Positions 15,610-24,920 of a stretch of DNA of 40,772 nt are shown piece after piece. The stretch lies in UHGV virus genome UHGV-0354473. One strand, 5' to 3'. Numbering within the stretch: position 1 is the first letter of the stretch; every line of letters starts with the position of its first letter. The position numbers were made by a program, and so were the translations under genes. Origin of the DNA: a virus. A model generated the notes under the pieces. That model saw only the letters and a list, made by a program, of their open reading frames with translations, was not told the origin of the DNA and did not search any database.

Positions 15610-15873
15610 ATGAATGAGGAACTTATCAGAACCTACTATGACGCGTTATTCGAAGCGCAGATCACCGGCCTGGCGTTTATCCGGGTCAACGCTAACGGCC
15701 ACGTGCAGGCACTGCCGGCTGACCGCGTCCGCATCTCGGTTATTCAGGCTGTCGAAGAACGCACAGCGGCAGCTGCGCACCAGGAATGCGATCACCTCTG
15801 GCAACAACACCTGGGCGAGCCGGAGTTTCGGGAGTGCATCCGCTGCGGCCGAGTGGAGGACGTTTACGAATGA
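15610..15873 (+). CDS. Hypothetical 87-aa protein with a C-terminal CxxC pair
   Basis: ATG at 15610 with AAGAGGA SD. The track's longer frame starts upstream without an RBS. Confidence 0.5.
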   Translation: MNEELIRTYYDALFEAQITGLAFIRVNANGHVQALPADRVRISVIQAVEERTAAAAHQECDHLWQQHLGEPEFRECIRCGRVEDVYE

Positions 15874-16067
15874 CATCGGTCCTGTTCATATGGGTGCTGG
15901 CGCAGGGTGTCCTTGCGCCGCCCACTACCGAGACGTTCTATACGCTGGAGGCATGCCAGGCGGCTGCCCGTAAAGCTGAAAACTCGCTGGTGCTGTTCGA
16001 AGGCCAGCGCCCGGACGCGCAGATCCGCGCGTACTGTTCACCGAAACGAATTAGTAAGGATAAGTGA
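15870..16067 (+). CDS. Small secreted or membrane-anchored 65-aa protein with two Cys
   Basis: ATGA coupling with a GGAGGA SD. The N-terminal hydrophobic segment is MTSVLFIWVLAQGVLA. Confidence 0.45.
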   Translation: MTSVLFIWVLAQGVLAPPTTETFYTLEACQAAARKAENSLVLFEGQRPDAQIRAYCSPKRISKDK

Positions 16068-16069
16068 TT

Positions 16070-16300
16070 ATGAAAATCGGAAATCTGTCTGCGGCGTACG
16101 CCAAATACCAGCGTGTTGCCGAGCTACGCCATCAAAGCACGCTGGTGCGCGGTACCGGGTTAGGGATCACTATCTCTGGTACATACCAGGACGCCGCGAT
16201 GATTGAGGCCGTTCGCTCCGCTGTTCTGGACGAACTTAACCGCCGCATCGATGAGATTATGGAAGAACTGGAAATCTTGGGGCTGGAGGTCGACTTATGA
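16070..16300 (+). CDS. Hypothetical 76-aa protein
   Basis: ATG at 16070 with AAGGATAAG SD. Confidence 0.45.
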   Translation: MKIGNLSAAYAKYQRVAELRHQSTLVRGTGLGITISGTYQDAAMIEAVRSAVLDELNRRIDEIMEELEILGLEVDL

Positions 16301-16653
16301 CCGACAACGTAAACCACCCGTCGCACTACACCCAGGGCGGTGTCGAGTGCATCGACGCGATAACGGCAGCAACCGTAAACAAGACCGGGATCGAAGCGGT
16401 ATGCACGGCCAACGTCATTAAGTACCTCTGGCGCTACGAGGGCAAGAACGGCCTGGAGGACGTGAAGAAGGCGCAATGGTACTTAAACCGGCTGATCGCC
16501 GAGATGGAGGGTAAGCCGGTGGCACCGGAAGTAGAATGTCCGCATGAGTGGGTCGCATATGGGATGTCTAAGGATAAAGGGACCGGCGTACTCGCCACTC
16601 TTAGCCGCTGCCGTCTATGCGGACGCCGTGAGCGTTCGGGGGTTGAAGTATGA
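16297..16653 (+). CDS. DUF3310-like phage protein (HPSHY motif)
   Basis: The N-terminal NHPSHYTQGGVECIDAI matches the DUF3310 signature. ATGA overlap with the upstream gene. Confidence 0.55.
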   Translation: MTDNVNHPSHYTQGGVECIDAITAATVNKTGIEAVCTANVIKYLWRYEGKNGLEDVKKAQWYLNRLIAEMEGKPVAPEVECPHEWVAYGMSKDKGTGVLATLSRCRLCGRRERSGVEV

Positions 16654-17093
16654 GCCTTGCAACCGACATTCTGAAACGCCTGAATAAGGCCGCGCCGCCG
16701 AAATCGGCAGAACCTGAGGTGCAACAAGTGGTACCAGTGCCACTATCGAAAAAGCCTGATACGATAGCGGCAGGGCCAACACGGTCATATAACCGGGATG
16801 AAATGTCTATTGCTAATGCCAAACTTAGAGCGGCGGGTAAGCCACGTCGTGTAGTGTACAGCAAGCCAACTGATAAGTTATTTGGCGTCCGCCTAATGCG
16901 TAGGAGCGGATTATATAGCGCGCGCCCGCGGATAGATGGCGTGGAAACCTGTCTCGGTGAATTTGCTAAGCCTGAGAGAGCTGGAATAGCCGCAAGGCTG
17001 TATTATTTATGGCACAGCAGAGGGTTTACGGACATTCCGAGGGGGATAGCTTGCGGGTACATTGACTTTGCGCGCTTCGACCCATTCCCATAA
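16650..17093 (+). CDS. AP2-domain DNA-binding protein
   Basis: GVRLMRRSGLYSARPRIDGVETCLGEFAKPERAGIAARLYY resembles an AP2/ERF-type domain as found in phage HNH-associated proteins. Confidence 0.55.
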   Translation: MSLATDILKRLNKAAPPKSAEPEVQQVVPVPLSKKPDTIAAGPTRSYNRDEMSIANAKLRAAGKPRRVVYSKPTDKLFGVRLMRRSGLYSARPRIDGVETCLGEFAKPERAGIAARLYYLWHSRGFTDIPRGIACGYIDFARFDPFP

Positions 17094-17125
17094 TTTGCAG
17101 ATTAATCCTAAATCGCCCTATACTG

Positions 17126-17158
17126 CCCCCGAATACTATTCATTCGGGGGTCCTTTTT
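17126..17158 (+). terminator. Rho-independent terminator ending the early operon
   Basis: CCCCCGAAT-ACTATTC-ATTCGGGGG hairpin followed by TCCTTTTT. Confidence 0.6.
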
Positions 17159-17159
17159 G

Positions 17160-17438
17160 ATGGACAGATATTTCTGGCTTGTCGTCGCTGCCGTATGTGG
17201 CGGCATCGTGGCCCAGGTGAAGAAAGCAGAGCAGCTACCGTTATGGAAGCGCTGCGCTCACCTGGCCGCCGGTGCCGCTTGTGCCGTTTACTTCTCACCG
17301 TTTGGGATCCGCTATTTCGAGCTGGCGGACACCGACGGGCAATACCTGGTGCCTTTCGTGATCGGCGCCTTCTGGTGGAAATTCTTCGAGGCCCTGGAAG
17401 TGGCGGCGAGCAGCTTTAAACTACCGTGGGGTAAATAG
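17160..17438 (+). CDS. Holin-like protein, 92 aa, three predicted TM helices
   Basis: ATG at 17160 with GGGGG SD. It sits immediately upstream of a second TM protein and the endolysin. Confidence 0.55.
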   Translation: MDRYFWLVVAAVCGGIVAQVKKAEQLPLWKRCAHLAAGAACAVYFSPFGIRYFELADTDGQYLVPFVIGAFWWKFFEALEVAASSFKLPWGK

Positions 17439-17440
17439 CC

Positions 17441-17725
17441 ATGCTTAGTGCCTTCTGCCTTTCCGTTATCGCCGCAACCGCGCTGTTTAATATTTATGCC
17501 CACTGGATTGACGACGGCCTGCTGGGCCGGCTGGTGTTCATGGGCCTGTTTCTCACCTGCGGCGCCGGGCTGATCCACATCTACAAAGACGGCAGCGCGC
17601 CGCTATTCATCTGGTCAACACTCCTTGTGCTGGTCACCCTTTCATTTCTGCGCAGCGTCTGCGTTAAGTCGGTGCGCTATATCAAATATCGGAGATTAAT
17701 CCATGCGAAGAACAGTCAGCGATAA
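17441..17725 (+). CDS. Second holin/antiholin-like membrane protein, 94 aa, three TM helices, basic C-terminus
   Basis: GTGGGG SD. Its hydrophobic profile and position make it a lysis-cassette member. Confidence 0.5.
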   Translation: MLSAFCLSVIAATALFNIYAHWIDDGLLGRLVFMGLFLTCGAGLIHIYKDGSAPLFIWSTLLVLVTLSFLRSVCVKSVRYIKYRRLIHAKNSQR

Positions 17726-18197
17726 CGCCGTTGAATTTGCCCGGCGCTGGGAGACGTTTAAGCCTGTGCCATATTACGCAACTGCCAAAGAGAAAGAGCT
17801 GGGGATCCTGACCTGGGGTTACGGCCATACTGGTACGCGAGCCCAGGCGCCGGCAAGTATCACGGAGCCGGACGCACGGGCCTTACTGCGCCAGGATATG
17901 ACGCACGCTTGTGTTATCGTCGATGCCGCCGCGCATCCGCTGGTCACCGGGCCATATTTCGACGCTATGGTGGACCTGGTATTCAACGCCGGGCCGAAAG
18001 TTATCGGCGCCGATACGGGTACCGGCCAGGCGCTGCGCCGTGGTGATATTGCGACGCTGCGCACCAAGCTGCCGCAGTTCATCTATCAGGGTGGTAAACC
18101 ATTGCTGGGGCTGCGCCGGCGTGCAACCGGGCGACTCGCGCTGTTCGACGGCAAATCGGCAGCTGAGGCCGAGGCTATTGGCAGAGCTGTGAAGTAG
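17703..18197 (+). CDS. Putative endolysin, lysozyme-like (GH24-like GYGHTG motif)
   Basis: The WGYGHTG motif and its position directly after the holin genes. The catalytic-residue spacing is atypical, so the call is only moderately confident. Confidence 0.55.
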   Translation: MRRTVSDNAVEFARRWETFKPVPYYATAKEKELGILTWGYGHTGTRAQAPASITEPDARALLRQDMTHACVIVDAAAHPLVTGPYFDAMVDLVFNAGPKVIGADTGTGQALRRGDIATLRTKLPQFIYQGGKPLLGLRRRATGRLALFDGKSAAEAEAIGRAVK

Positions 18198-18242
18198 TGC
18201 TATAGTCTCATGGCACACGAATGATTTGCTCCTGACGGTCCG

Positions 18243-18276
18243 AAAGCCCTGGCTTAACAGCTGGGGCTTTTTCTTT
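18243..18276 (+). terminator. Rho-independent terminator after the lysis genes
   Basis: AAGCCC...GGGCTT stem followed by TTTTTCTTT. Confidence 0.55.
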
Positions 18277-18345
18277 GACCGCCACTTGTAATGTTGGTTG
18301 CAATATGGTTATACTCATATCGTCAATCACACAGGAGCAAACGAA

Positions 18346-18615
18346 ATGAGCAAGGCATACATCGTAATTATCCGGCGCGCATGGTGTAACGAAGGTGGGC
18401 ACGGTATCGAATATTCATCCGACCTCATCCACTATGAGACCCGCAATGGAGCCATATCGCACGGTTTTCGGGCTGTGGATAGCGACGACTTCAACATCGG
18501 CGTAATCGAGGGCGGCAAGTTGATTTCATTTGACTGGATGGGCAAGCCGGTTGGAGAAAGCGGAGACACGCTGGCGCAGATTGCCGAGCTAATCGGTCTG
18601 GAGCGTGCAGAATGA
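18346..18615 (+). CDS. Hypothetical 89-aa protein
   Basis: ACAGGAGCAAACGAA-ATG strong SD. The upstream promoter-like region contains the TGTTGGTTGCAA element. Confidence 0.5.
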   Translation: MSKAYIVIIRRAWCNEGGHGIEYSSDLIHYETRNGAISHGFRAVDSDDFNIGVIEGGKLISFDWMGKPVGESGDTLAQIAELIGLERAE

Positions 18616-19016
18616 AACTAATTTGCACCGCGTCAAAAGTATCCTGGTTCACCGTCGGCCGCGAGTACGAAATGGACATGTTTAACCGTGTTCAGGACGA
18701 TAACAAAGACCGAGAGGCGCCTTGGTTTTGGCCGCTTGAGCCACATAACGGCGGTTACCGGACCGAGTTTCTGGAAGACGCGGAATTTTCCGTCGTGCAG
18801 GGCTACGAGCCAGTAACTACGGCAGCCGATGCTGCGTTGTTCAACGAAGCGCTACTCGCTGCCGTTGTGCAGATGGCCGATGAGGAAGGGATCCGCGATT
18901 CATTTGATCGGCACCTGGCATCAATCCGCCACCGCTTCGGCCTGCTAAAGAATCCGCAGTCCCAGCGCGCCTTTCTTCTGGCGCTGGCCTATTTCGCAGA
19001 GGAAAAATCACAATGA
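18612..19016 (+). CDS. Hypothetical 134-aa protein
   Basis: ATGA coupling to the upstream gene. Confidence 0.5.
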   Translation: MKLICTASKVSWFTVGREYEMDMFNRVQDDNKDREAPWFWPLEPHNGGYRTEFLEDAEFSVVQGYEPVTTAADAALFNEALLAAVVQMADEEGIRDSFDRHLASIRHRFGLLKNPQSQRAFLLALAYFAEEKSQ

Positions 19017-19183
19017 CAATCGACGAGCAAATCAAGAAGGCCGACGCCAAGATCGCAGAACTGGAGGCGGCGTTACGTGTAGCCCAGGAGCACCGCCGCG
19101 AGCTGGTGAACCGGGGCAATCTGAATAAAGGCGGTAAATTATCAGGCGAAGCACATTACGTAGTCGGGGAGAGTCAATTATGA
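19013..19183 (+). CDS. Small 56-aa coiled-coil protein (not in the ORF track)
   Basis: ATGA overlaps at both ends with flanking genes. The sequence MTIDEQIKKADAKIAELEAALRVAQEHRRELV has heptad character. Confidence 0.4.
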   Translation: MTIDEQIKKADAKIAELEAALRVAQEHRRELVNRGNLNKGGKLSGEAHYVVGESQL

Positions 19184-19599
19184 CAACTGCCGTTACTAAA
19201 GAATCGCTCGCCGCCCGTATCGCAGAGCTGGAATCGGGCACGCGGTCGCTGAAAGAGGATTACACCCTCGCCGCGTATAAGATGCTCCTGGCGACGATGG
19301 AGGCCGAGCCGGTGGCTGATGTAGCCGCCTGGTCACATCCAAACGAAGAGCGTAAGTGCGACGTTCGCTGGCGTCGACATGATGTAGAGCCTGGGCCACT
19401 CTATCGCCACGCGCAGCCCGCGTCGGTAGTGCCTGATGAAGTATTGAAGTCTTTGGATTTACTGCTTCACCGAAGCTATTTCAGGCGGTGGATAAAAGAT
19501 CCGCAAGGGTATGTGGTGGGGCCAATACCGGTTCGTGATCTGGTCAATGTGGTTCTTTTCGCTGATGCCTGCCGCGCCGCCATGCTTAACCAGAAATAG
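19180..19599 (+). CDS. Hypothetical 139-aa protein
   Basis: ATGA coupling upstream. A terminator follows. Confidence 0.5.
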   Translation: MTTAVTKESLAARIAELESGTRSLKEDYTLAAYKMLLATMEAEPVADVAAWSHPNEERKCDVRWRRHDVEPGPLYRHAQPASVVPDEVLKSLDLLLHRSYFRRWIKDPQGYVVGPIPVRDLVNVVLFADACRAAMLNQK

Positions 19600-19606
19600 C
19601 CAACCT

Positions 19607-19632
19607 GCCCGCCCCCGTGCGGGCTTCTTTTG
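19607..19632 (+). terminator. Rho-independent terminator
   Basis: GCCCGC-CCCCGT-GCGGGC hairpin followed by TTCTTTTG. Confidence 0.6.
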
Positions 19633-19658
19633 CCTAATCCTCACCACCGCTATATAAT
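19630..19658 (+). promoter_or_regulatory. Late/packaging operon promoter TTGCCT-17-TATAAT
   Basis: -35 at 19630-19635 and consensus -10 TATAAT at 19653-19658, immediately after the terminator. Confidence 0.5.
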
Positions 19659-19722
19659 CCCCTTAACGCGGCCCTGGGGGCCGCTGGTGCGCGCGTATGG
19701 TACGCAGCATAATGGGGGTTAT

Positions 19723-20226
19723 ATGAATCTGAAGCCGAAGCCGAAACATCTAAGGGGTGTCCCGCCGAAACGGAAGAAAGGCGAGCGCTTTCCGCACGAC
19801 ATCGGCAGCAACGACAAACCGACCGACTACCGCCCGGAATACTGCGGCGCATTGCTGCGCTATTTCTCCGAGCCGGCGTCCTGGATTATCCACTACACGG
19901 ATAAGGGCACCGCGCAGGTGATCCCACAGAGCAAGCTGCCGACGTTCGAGCGCTTCGCCGCGTCGATCGGCGTTAACCGTGACACGCTGCGCAACTGGCG
20001 CGAGCACTGGCCGGAATGGGACCGCGCATACGCCGACGCCGAATCGCTGCAAAAAGCATTTCTCATGGAGCTGTCCGCTGCCGGTGTAGGCGGTAACGGT
20101 GCGTCCTTCATCCTGAAATGCAACCACGGTATGCGCGAGCCGGTGGCCGAAGAGCCGGAAAAAGACCAGCCCATCCAGAAAGTAGTCGTGGAGGTCGTCG
20201 GTGCAAATCAGCATAAAGGCGACTGA
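19723..20226 (+). CDS. Terminase small subunit
   Basis: Start moved to ATG 19723, preceded by GGGGG. The protein has a basic N-terminus and sits immediately upstream of TerL, which overlaps it. Confidence 0.65.
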   Translation: MNLKPKPKHLRGVPPKRKKGERFPHDIGSNDKPTDYRPEYCGALLRYFSEPASWIIHYTDKGTAQVIPQSKLPTFERFAASIGVNRDTLRNWREHWPEWDRAYADAESLQKAFLMELSAAGVGGNGASFILKCNHGMREPVAEEPEKDQPIQKVVVEVVGANQHKGD

Positions 20227-21472
20227 GCCACAGGCGGCATTCCTCAACATGCACTGTAAATTCCCGGCTTTCGTGGCGGGATTCGGCACGGGTAAATCCG
20301 AGGTGATGTGTAACTCTGCCTTACTGGATAGCCTGGAGGGCGGCGCATCATCCATGATCGCCATGTACGAGCCTACCTATGACCTGGTGCGCCTTATCCT
20401 GGCCCCGCGCATGGAAGAGAAACTCCAGGAATGGGGCGTCCGGTACAAGTACAACAAATCGGACAACATCATCTACACCAGCAACCGGCAGCTGGGGGAT
20501 TTCGTCCTGCGTACTCTCGATAACCCGGCGCGTATCGTCGGTTATGAGTCATTCCGTGCCAAAGTGGATGAGCTGGACACGCTGAAACAGCAACATGCGG
20601 CGGAGGCATGGAATAAAATCATCGCCCGTAACCGCCAGCACCCCGATACGTACATTGCGACGTCGCCTAAGCCGATCAACACCGTGTCCATTTTCACCAC
20701 GCCAGAAGGATTTCGTTTCGTGCACGATCGCTGGGTGGTGAACAAGAGGCCGGGTTATGAAATGATTCAGGCGTCCACGCTGTCCAACCCGTATTTGCCG
20801 GATGATTATGTCGACTCCCTGCGCGCGACATACCCGGAGCAGCTGATCGAGGCGTATATTAACGGTGAATTCGTCAACCTGACGTCCGGCACCGTGTATT
20901 ATGCGTACAAGCGCCACCAGAACAGCAGCCGGGAGACTATCCAGCCGGGCGAGACGCTGTACATCGGGCAGGATTTTAACGTGGGGCATATGGCGTCCAC
21001 GGTCTACGTGCAGCGCGGCTATGTCTGGCACGCGGTTGCGGAGCTGATCGACCTGTTCGACACCCCGGACGTGGTGCGCACGATTAAAGACAGCTGGCAG
21101 CGCGAAGGGCATCATATCGTGGTCTACCCCGACGCCAGCGGCAAAAACAGGAAGTCACAGGACGCGTCGCGGTCCGATATTGCCCAGCTTGAGCAGGCTG
21201 GCTTCGAGGTACGGGCTAACCCGTCTAACCCGGCGGTGAAAGACCGTGTGGCTGCCGTTAACAAAGCGCTGGAGTCTGGCCGTATGCGGGTGAATGAACA
21301 GGCGTGCCCGGTTACGGCACGCTGTCTGGAGCAGCAGGCATACGACGCGAACGGCAAGCCAGACAAGGAAGGCGGCCACGACCACCAGAACGACGCCACC
21401 GGCTACCCTATCGCTTACGAAATGCCGCTGGTAAAACCGGTTATCAATATCCCGGTATATTTCCCGCTTTAA
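20201..21472 (+). CDS. Terminase large subunit (ATPase/nuclease)
   Basis: Walker A GFGTGKSEV near the N-terminus, with the size and fold pattern of a TerL. GTG start at 20201 or ATG at 20249. Confidence 0.85.
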   Translation: MQISIKATEPQAAFLNMHCKFPAFVAGFGTGKSEVMCNSALLDSLEGGASSMIAMYEPTYDLVRLILAPRMEEKLQEWGVRYKYNKSDNIIYTSNRQLGDFVLRTLDNPARIVGYESFRAKVDELDTLKQQHAAEAWNKIIARNRQHPDTYIATSPKPINTVSIFTTPEGFRFVHDRWVVNKRPGYEMIQASTLSNPYLPDDYVDSLRATYPEQLIEAYINGEFVNLTSGTVYYAYKRHQNSSRETIQPGETLYIGQDFNVGHMASTVYVQRGYVWHAVAELIDLFDTPDVVRTIKDSWQREGHHIVVYPDASGKNRKSQDASRSDIAQLEQAGFEVRANPSNPAVKDRVAAVNKALESGRMRVNEQACPVTARCLEQQAYDANGKPDKEGGHDHQNDATGYPIAYEMPLVKPVINIPVYFPL

Positions 21473-21485
21473 GACGAGGTTTAAC

Positions 21486-21638
21486 ATGACTAAATTAACG
21501 ATGGATATCCGCGTAGTGGGCCTGGAGCCGGTCAAGAATCTTATAGAACTGCTGGCGGCTCACTTCGACGATCTGCCTGCGGAACTGCAAACCGCAATCA
21601 AAGATTTAGTGGACAGCGAGGACCGCAACGATGGCTAA
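21486..21638 (+). CDS. Small 50-aa acidic ORF between TerL and portal (not in the track)
   Basis: GAGGT SD. Its stop overlaps the portal ATG region. Confidence 0.35.
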   Translation: MTKLTMDIRVVGLEPVKNLIELLAAHFDDLPAELQTAIKDLVDSEDRNDG

Positions 21639-23121
21639 CGCAAATATTAATGCCGGGTCAGGCCAGAACGTTAAAACCCTGCATTGCGATTACAAGAAGT
21701 ACGCCCCGAAGTGGCAGAAGGTGCGCCACGCCATCGAGGGCGAGTTACGTCAGTACCTGCGCAACGTCGGCAAGAACGAAGGCGACACGGAGTACGGTAA
21801 ACAGCGGCAGCGCGAATATGAAGATGGGGCAATCTGCTACAACTTCACTAAGCGCACGCTGTCAGGCATGGTTGGGTCGGTTATGCGCAAGGACCCGGAA
21901 CAGACGATCCCGCCGCAGCTGGAATACCTGCTGACCAACTGCGACGGCTCCGGTGTTGGGCTGTGGCAGCACGCCCAGGACACGTTGATGGAGATCGACT
22001 CTATCGGACGCGGCGGCCTGCTGGTCGATGCGCCGGTGACGTCTGCCGCGACGATGGCGGAGCAGAACGAGGGATTATTAAACCCGGTCATCGTATTCTA
22101 TACCGCGGAGAACATCATCAACTGGCGGCTGACCCGCATCGGCTCGGTTAACCGCGTATCGCTTATCGTGCTGCGCGAGACCTACGAATATAACGATGGA
22201 CAGGACGAGTTCGCCACTTATTACGGCGAGCAGTACCGCGTGCTCGACGTCGTTGAGGGTAAATACCGGCAGCGCATCTATCAGTTCAACGCGAAGGGCG
22301 AACTGCGCGGCGACGTACTGGAAATTTTCCCGGACCTGGCCAGCGTGCCTGCGGGAATCATCCCGTTTACGTTCATCGGCGCCACCAATAACGACCACAC
22401 CCCCGACGACCCGCCGATCCTGCCGCTGGCGGAACTGAATATCGGCCACTTCCGTAACAGCGCCGATAACGAGGAATCCAGCTTCGTAGTAGGCCAACCT
22501 ACATTGTTTATCTCCCCGGGCGAGGATTTTAGTCTGGAGCGATTCAAGGAGGCTAACCCGAACGGCGTCAAAATGGGGTCGCGTACCGGCCACAACATCG
22601 GCGCGGGCGGCACGGCGCAGCTTATCCAGGCTGCCGAGAATAACCTCGCTAAACAGAACATGTTGGACAAAGAGCAGCAGGCTATCCAGATTGGCGCGCA
22701 GCTCATCACACCGACCCAGCAGATCACCGCAGAGTCGGCACGCCTCCAGCGCGGCGCAGATACGTCTGTTATGGCGACTATCGCCCGCAACGTGAGCCAG
22801 GCTTACACAGACGCACTTAAATGGGTTGCCGGTATGCTGAACGCCGACAGCGCAGAGATCGAGTTCCGGTTAAACATGGAGTTCTTCCTAAAAGCGATGA
22901 CTGCGCAGGACCGCGCAGCGTGGGTCGCGGATATCAACGCGGGATACCTGCCAGCCACAGCGTACTATGAGGCGCTGCGCGAGGCAGGGGTTACCAACTG
23001 GACTAACGAACAGATCCAGGACGCTATCGCGGACCAGCCGATCGCAGCGCGCGGGACAGCGACGACGGTTACCGGCGACATTCCCTCGGCAGCTAATACG
23101 CAACAAGGGGTGGCACAATGA
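21631..23121 (+). CDS. Portal protein
   Basis: 496-aa protein directly after TerL, with the conserved order terminase-portal-MuF. Confidence 0.75.
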   Translation: MANANINAGSGQNVKTLHCDYKKYAPKWQKVRHAIEGELRQYLRNVGKNEGDTEYGKQRQREYEDGAICYNFTKRTLSGMVGSVMRKDPEQTIPPQLEYLLTNCDGSGVGLWQHAQDTLMEIDSIGRGGLLVDAPVTSAATMAEQNEGLLNPVIVFYTAENIINWRLTRIGSVNRVSLIVLRETYEYNDGQDEFATYYGEQYRVLDVVEGKYRQRIYQFNAKGELRGDVLEIFPDLASVPAGIIPFTFIGATNNDHTPDDPPILPLAELNIGHFRNSADNEESSFVVGQPTLFISPGEDFSLERFKEANPNGVKMGSRTGHNIGAGGTAQLIQAAENNLAKQNMLDKEQQAIQIGAQLITPTQQITAESARLQRGADTSVMATIARNVSQAYTDALKWVAGMLNADSAEIEFRLNMEFFLKAMTAQDRAAWVADINAGYLPATAYYEALREAGVTNWTNEQIQDAIADQPIAARGTATTVTGDIPSAANTQQGVAQ

Positions 23122-23201
23122 CCCATTTAATTAACATAGTGATCGGCGTTCCTGCCGTCATAACCATTATTCTTTTGGCGATAGTGTTGGTGGGCGCATG
23201 A
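23118..23201 (+). CDS. Tiny 27-aa hydrophobic peptide (MTHLINIVIGVPAVITIILLAIVLVGA)
   Basis: ATGA overlaps with the portal stop and with the next gene's start. It is entirely a single TM helix. Confidence 0.3.
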   Translation: MTHLINIVIGVPAVITIILLAIVLVGA

Positions 23202-24247
23202 GTATCTTAACCGCTTTTATCAGCCACCAGATCTGGCTCCAGCGTAACGCCTCGCATGAGGTGAACGAGCTGGAGCCGTTCATCCAGCAGATGCGCGACG
23301 AGGTTAAATCGCAGGTACTGGCTTTCGGGGACGAGAGCCGCACCCGTGGGCGCCTGCAGGCGATGCTAAAGGACCTGGAGGATATCCTTTACGCCATTTC
23401 CGCGGGATGGGAGGACCGCTTACAGCAGGACCTGCAAAAGCTGGCCGAGTACGAGACCGACTGGACGACTGACACGCTGTCCGGGAACGTTAACGCCAGT
23501 TTCACCGCGCCATCACCCGAGCAGGTCTGGTCAGCTATTAAATTCAATCCACTGCAGCTGGAAGGTAAACCGGTAGACTTCCAGGATATGCTAACCAGCT
23601 GGCAGGATACCGAGATTAACCGCCTGGTGACCGGCGTTAAGTCCGGTTTCGTGCAGGGCATGACAACACGCGACATCGTCCGCCAGGTAGTCGGCCCAGG
23701 CGGCCTGGCGGACGTGTCAAACCGTAATGCGGCAACGGTGGTGCGTACGGCAATAAACCACGTATCGACCGAGGCTAAAAACCTCGTCTATCAGAAAAAC
23801 GACGATATCGTGGAAGGCTACGAGCTGGTGGTTACCCTGGACAAGCGCACCTCTTCGATCTGCCGTAACCTGCCGCATGGCAAAGTCTACGACATCGGCA
23901 AGGGGCCGCTGCCACCGTTGCACCCGAACTGCCGGACGACCACGGCGCCGGTGATCAGCAGCGAGTTCGATTTCCTGGACGTCGGGGCAAAACGGGCGGC
24001 GCGTGGGGCCGATGGCGGTACGCAGGTAGACGCGGACACGTCATACTATGAATTCCTGCAGATGCAGCCGGCGTGGTTCCAGGATGAAGCACTCGGCCCG
24101 GTACGGGGTAATATTTTCCGTAACAGCGGTATGACTGCGGAGGAATTCAGGGCTGCGTCGGTCGACGGTTTCGGACGTCCGCTGACCCTGCGCGAGATGG
24201 CGGAGAACGATAAACGCGTTGCAAAATTCCTGTCCGGGAACTCGTAA
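23198..24247 (+). CDS. Head morphogenesis protein, Phage Mu F-like (SPP1 gp7-like)
   Basis: TLDKRTSSICRNLPHGKVYDIGKGPLPPLHPNCRTTTAP matches the Mu_F signature (D.RT..C...G.....PP.H.NCRC). Confidence 0.8.
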   Translation: MSILTAFISHQIWLQRNASHEVNELEPFIQQMRDEVKSQVLAFGDESRTRGRLQAMLKDLEDILYAISAGWEDRLQQDLQKLAEYETDWTTDTLSGNVNASFTAPSPEQVWSAIKFNPLQLEGKPVDFQDMLTSWQDTEINRLVTGVKSGFVQGMTTRDIVRQVVGPGGLADVSNRNAATVVRTAINHVSTEAKNLVYQKNDDIVEGYELVVTLDKRTSSICRNLPHGKVYDIGKGPLPPLHPNCRTTTAPVISSEFDFLDVGAKRAARGADGGTQVDADTSYYEFLQMQPAWFQDEALGPVRGNIFRNSGMTAEEFRAASVDGFGRPLTLREMAENDKRVAKFLSGNS

Positions 24248-24530
24248 TAAATTACGCGTAACGGTGACTCGCAAGACTCGCAAAATTTTGCGAGTCGAAT
24301 TGCGAGTATAAATATCAAGGACTTACGCTCATTTCGTTGGTTGCTGCCGTTTTAGTTTGCGAGTGGTGAAATTAGGTGAGTAAAATCAAGGAGTTACAAC
24401 GTGGAAGGCTGAATCGATCACTTCAATTGCTTGTTGCGCGCCCGCCCTAGCGGGGCGTCGCTCAAAAGCGAAGCTGATCGTATCATTTATTTTGCGAGAA
24501 ATCAACGGCAGCAATTGTAAAGGTGGCGAT
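24240..24530. repeat. Non-coding regulatory module copy 2, homologous to 14745-15055: four ACTCGCAA half-sites in palindrome, a GATC-flanked GC hairpin and the TTTTGCGAG...TTGTAAAGG core running into the Rz RBS
   Basis: Iteron block 24266-24308, TCGATCAC at 24414-24421, CTGATCGTATCAT at 24474-24486 and TTGCGAG at 24492-24498. Confidence 0.7.
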
Positions 24531-24920
24531 ATGGGCTTAAGACTTTATTTTATAACGGTGGGTTTAATGGCACTTCTTGCGTGGGGCGCCGGTGAGTGGT
24601 CTTTTCGTGCGGGGTGGCATGAGGGCCGCGCGAAGCTGGCAGCCCAGCAGGAAGAGAAGGCCCGGGCGACTCTGGCGAAGCAGGTAGCCGGACAGCAGGT
24701 GAACGATACGAAGGCCGCCGAAGCCGAACAGGCCGGCTCCGCGAAAACCGTAGTAATAACCCGAGAGGTGGTTAAATATGTGCAAAATCATGATCGTGTG
24801 CGCTGTACTTTTGACGATGACCGGGTGCGGATCAAGCAGCGGTCCGTCGATAATGCCAACACCATCCCAGGCTATGATGGTGAAGCCGTGCCAGTTTCAG
24901 CCGGCGGAAAAGGACAGTGA
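24531..24920 (+). CDS. i-spanin (Rz-like): N-terminal TM anchor plus periplasmic coiled-coil
   Basis: ATG at 24531 with AAGGTGG SD. The TM segment is LYFITVGLMALLAWGA, the domain is helical and Ala/Gln/Glu-rich, and the o-spanin gene is embedded in the +1 frame. Confidence 0.6.
   Translation: MGLRLYFITVGLMALLAWGAGEWSFRAGWHEGRAKLAAQQEEKARATLAKQVAGQQVNDTKAAEAEQAGSAKTVVITREVVKYVQNHDRVRCTFDDDRVRIKQRSVDNANTIPGYDGEAVPVSAGGKGQ

Noticed and set aside
19630-19722. Track ORF start at 19630 for the terminase small subunit
   Set aside because: That start codon lies inside the TTGCCT-17-TATAAT promoter, right after a terminator. ATG 19723, which has an SD, is the credible start.
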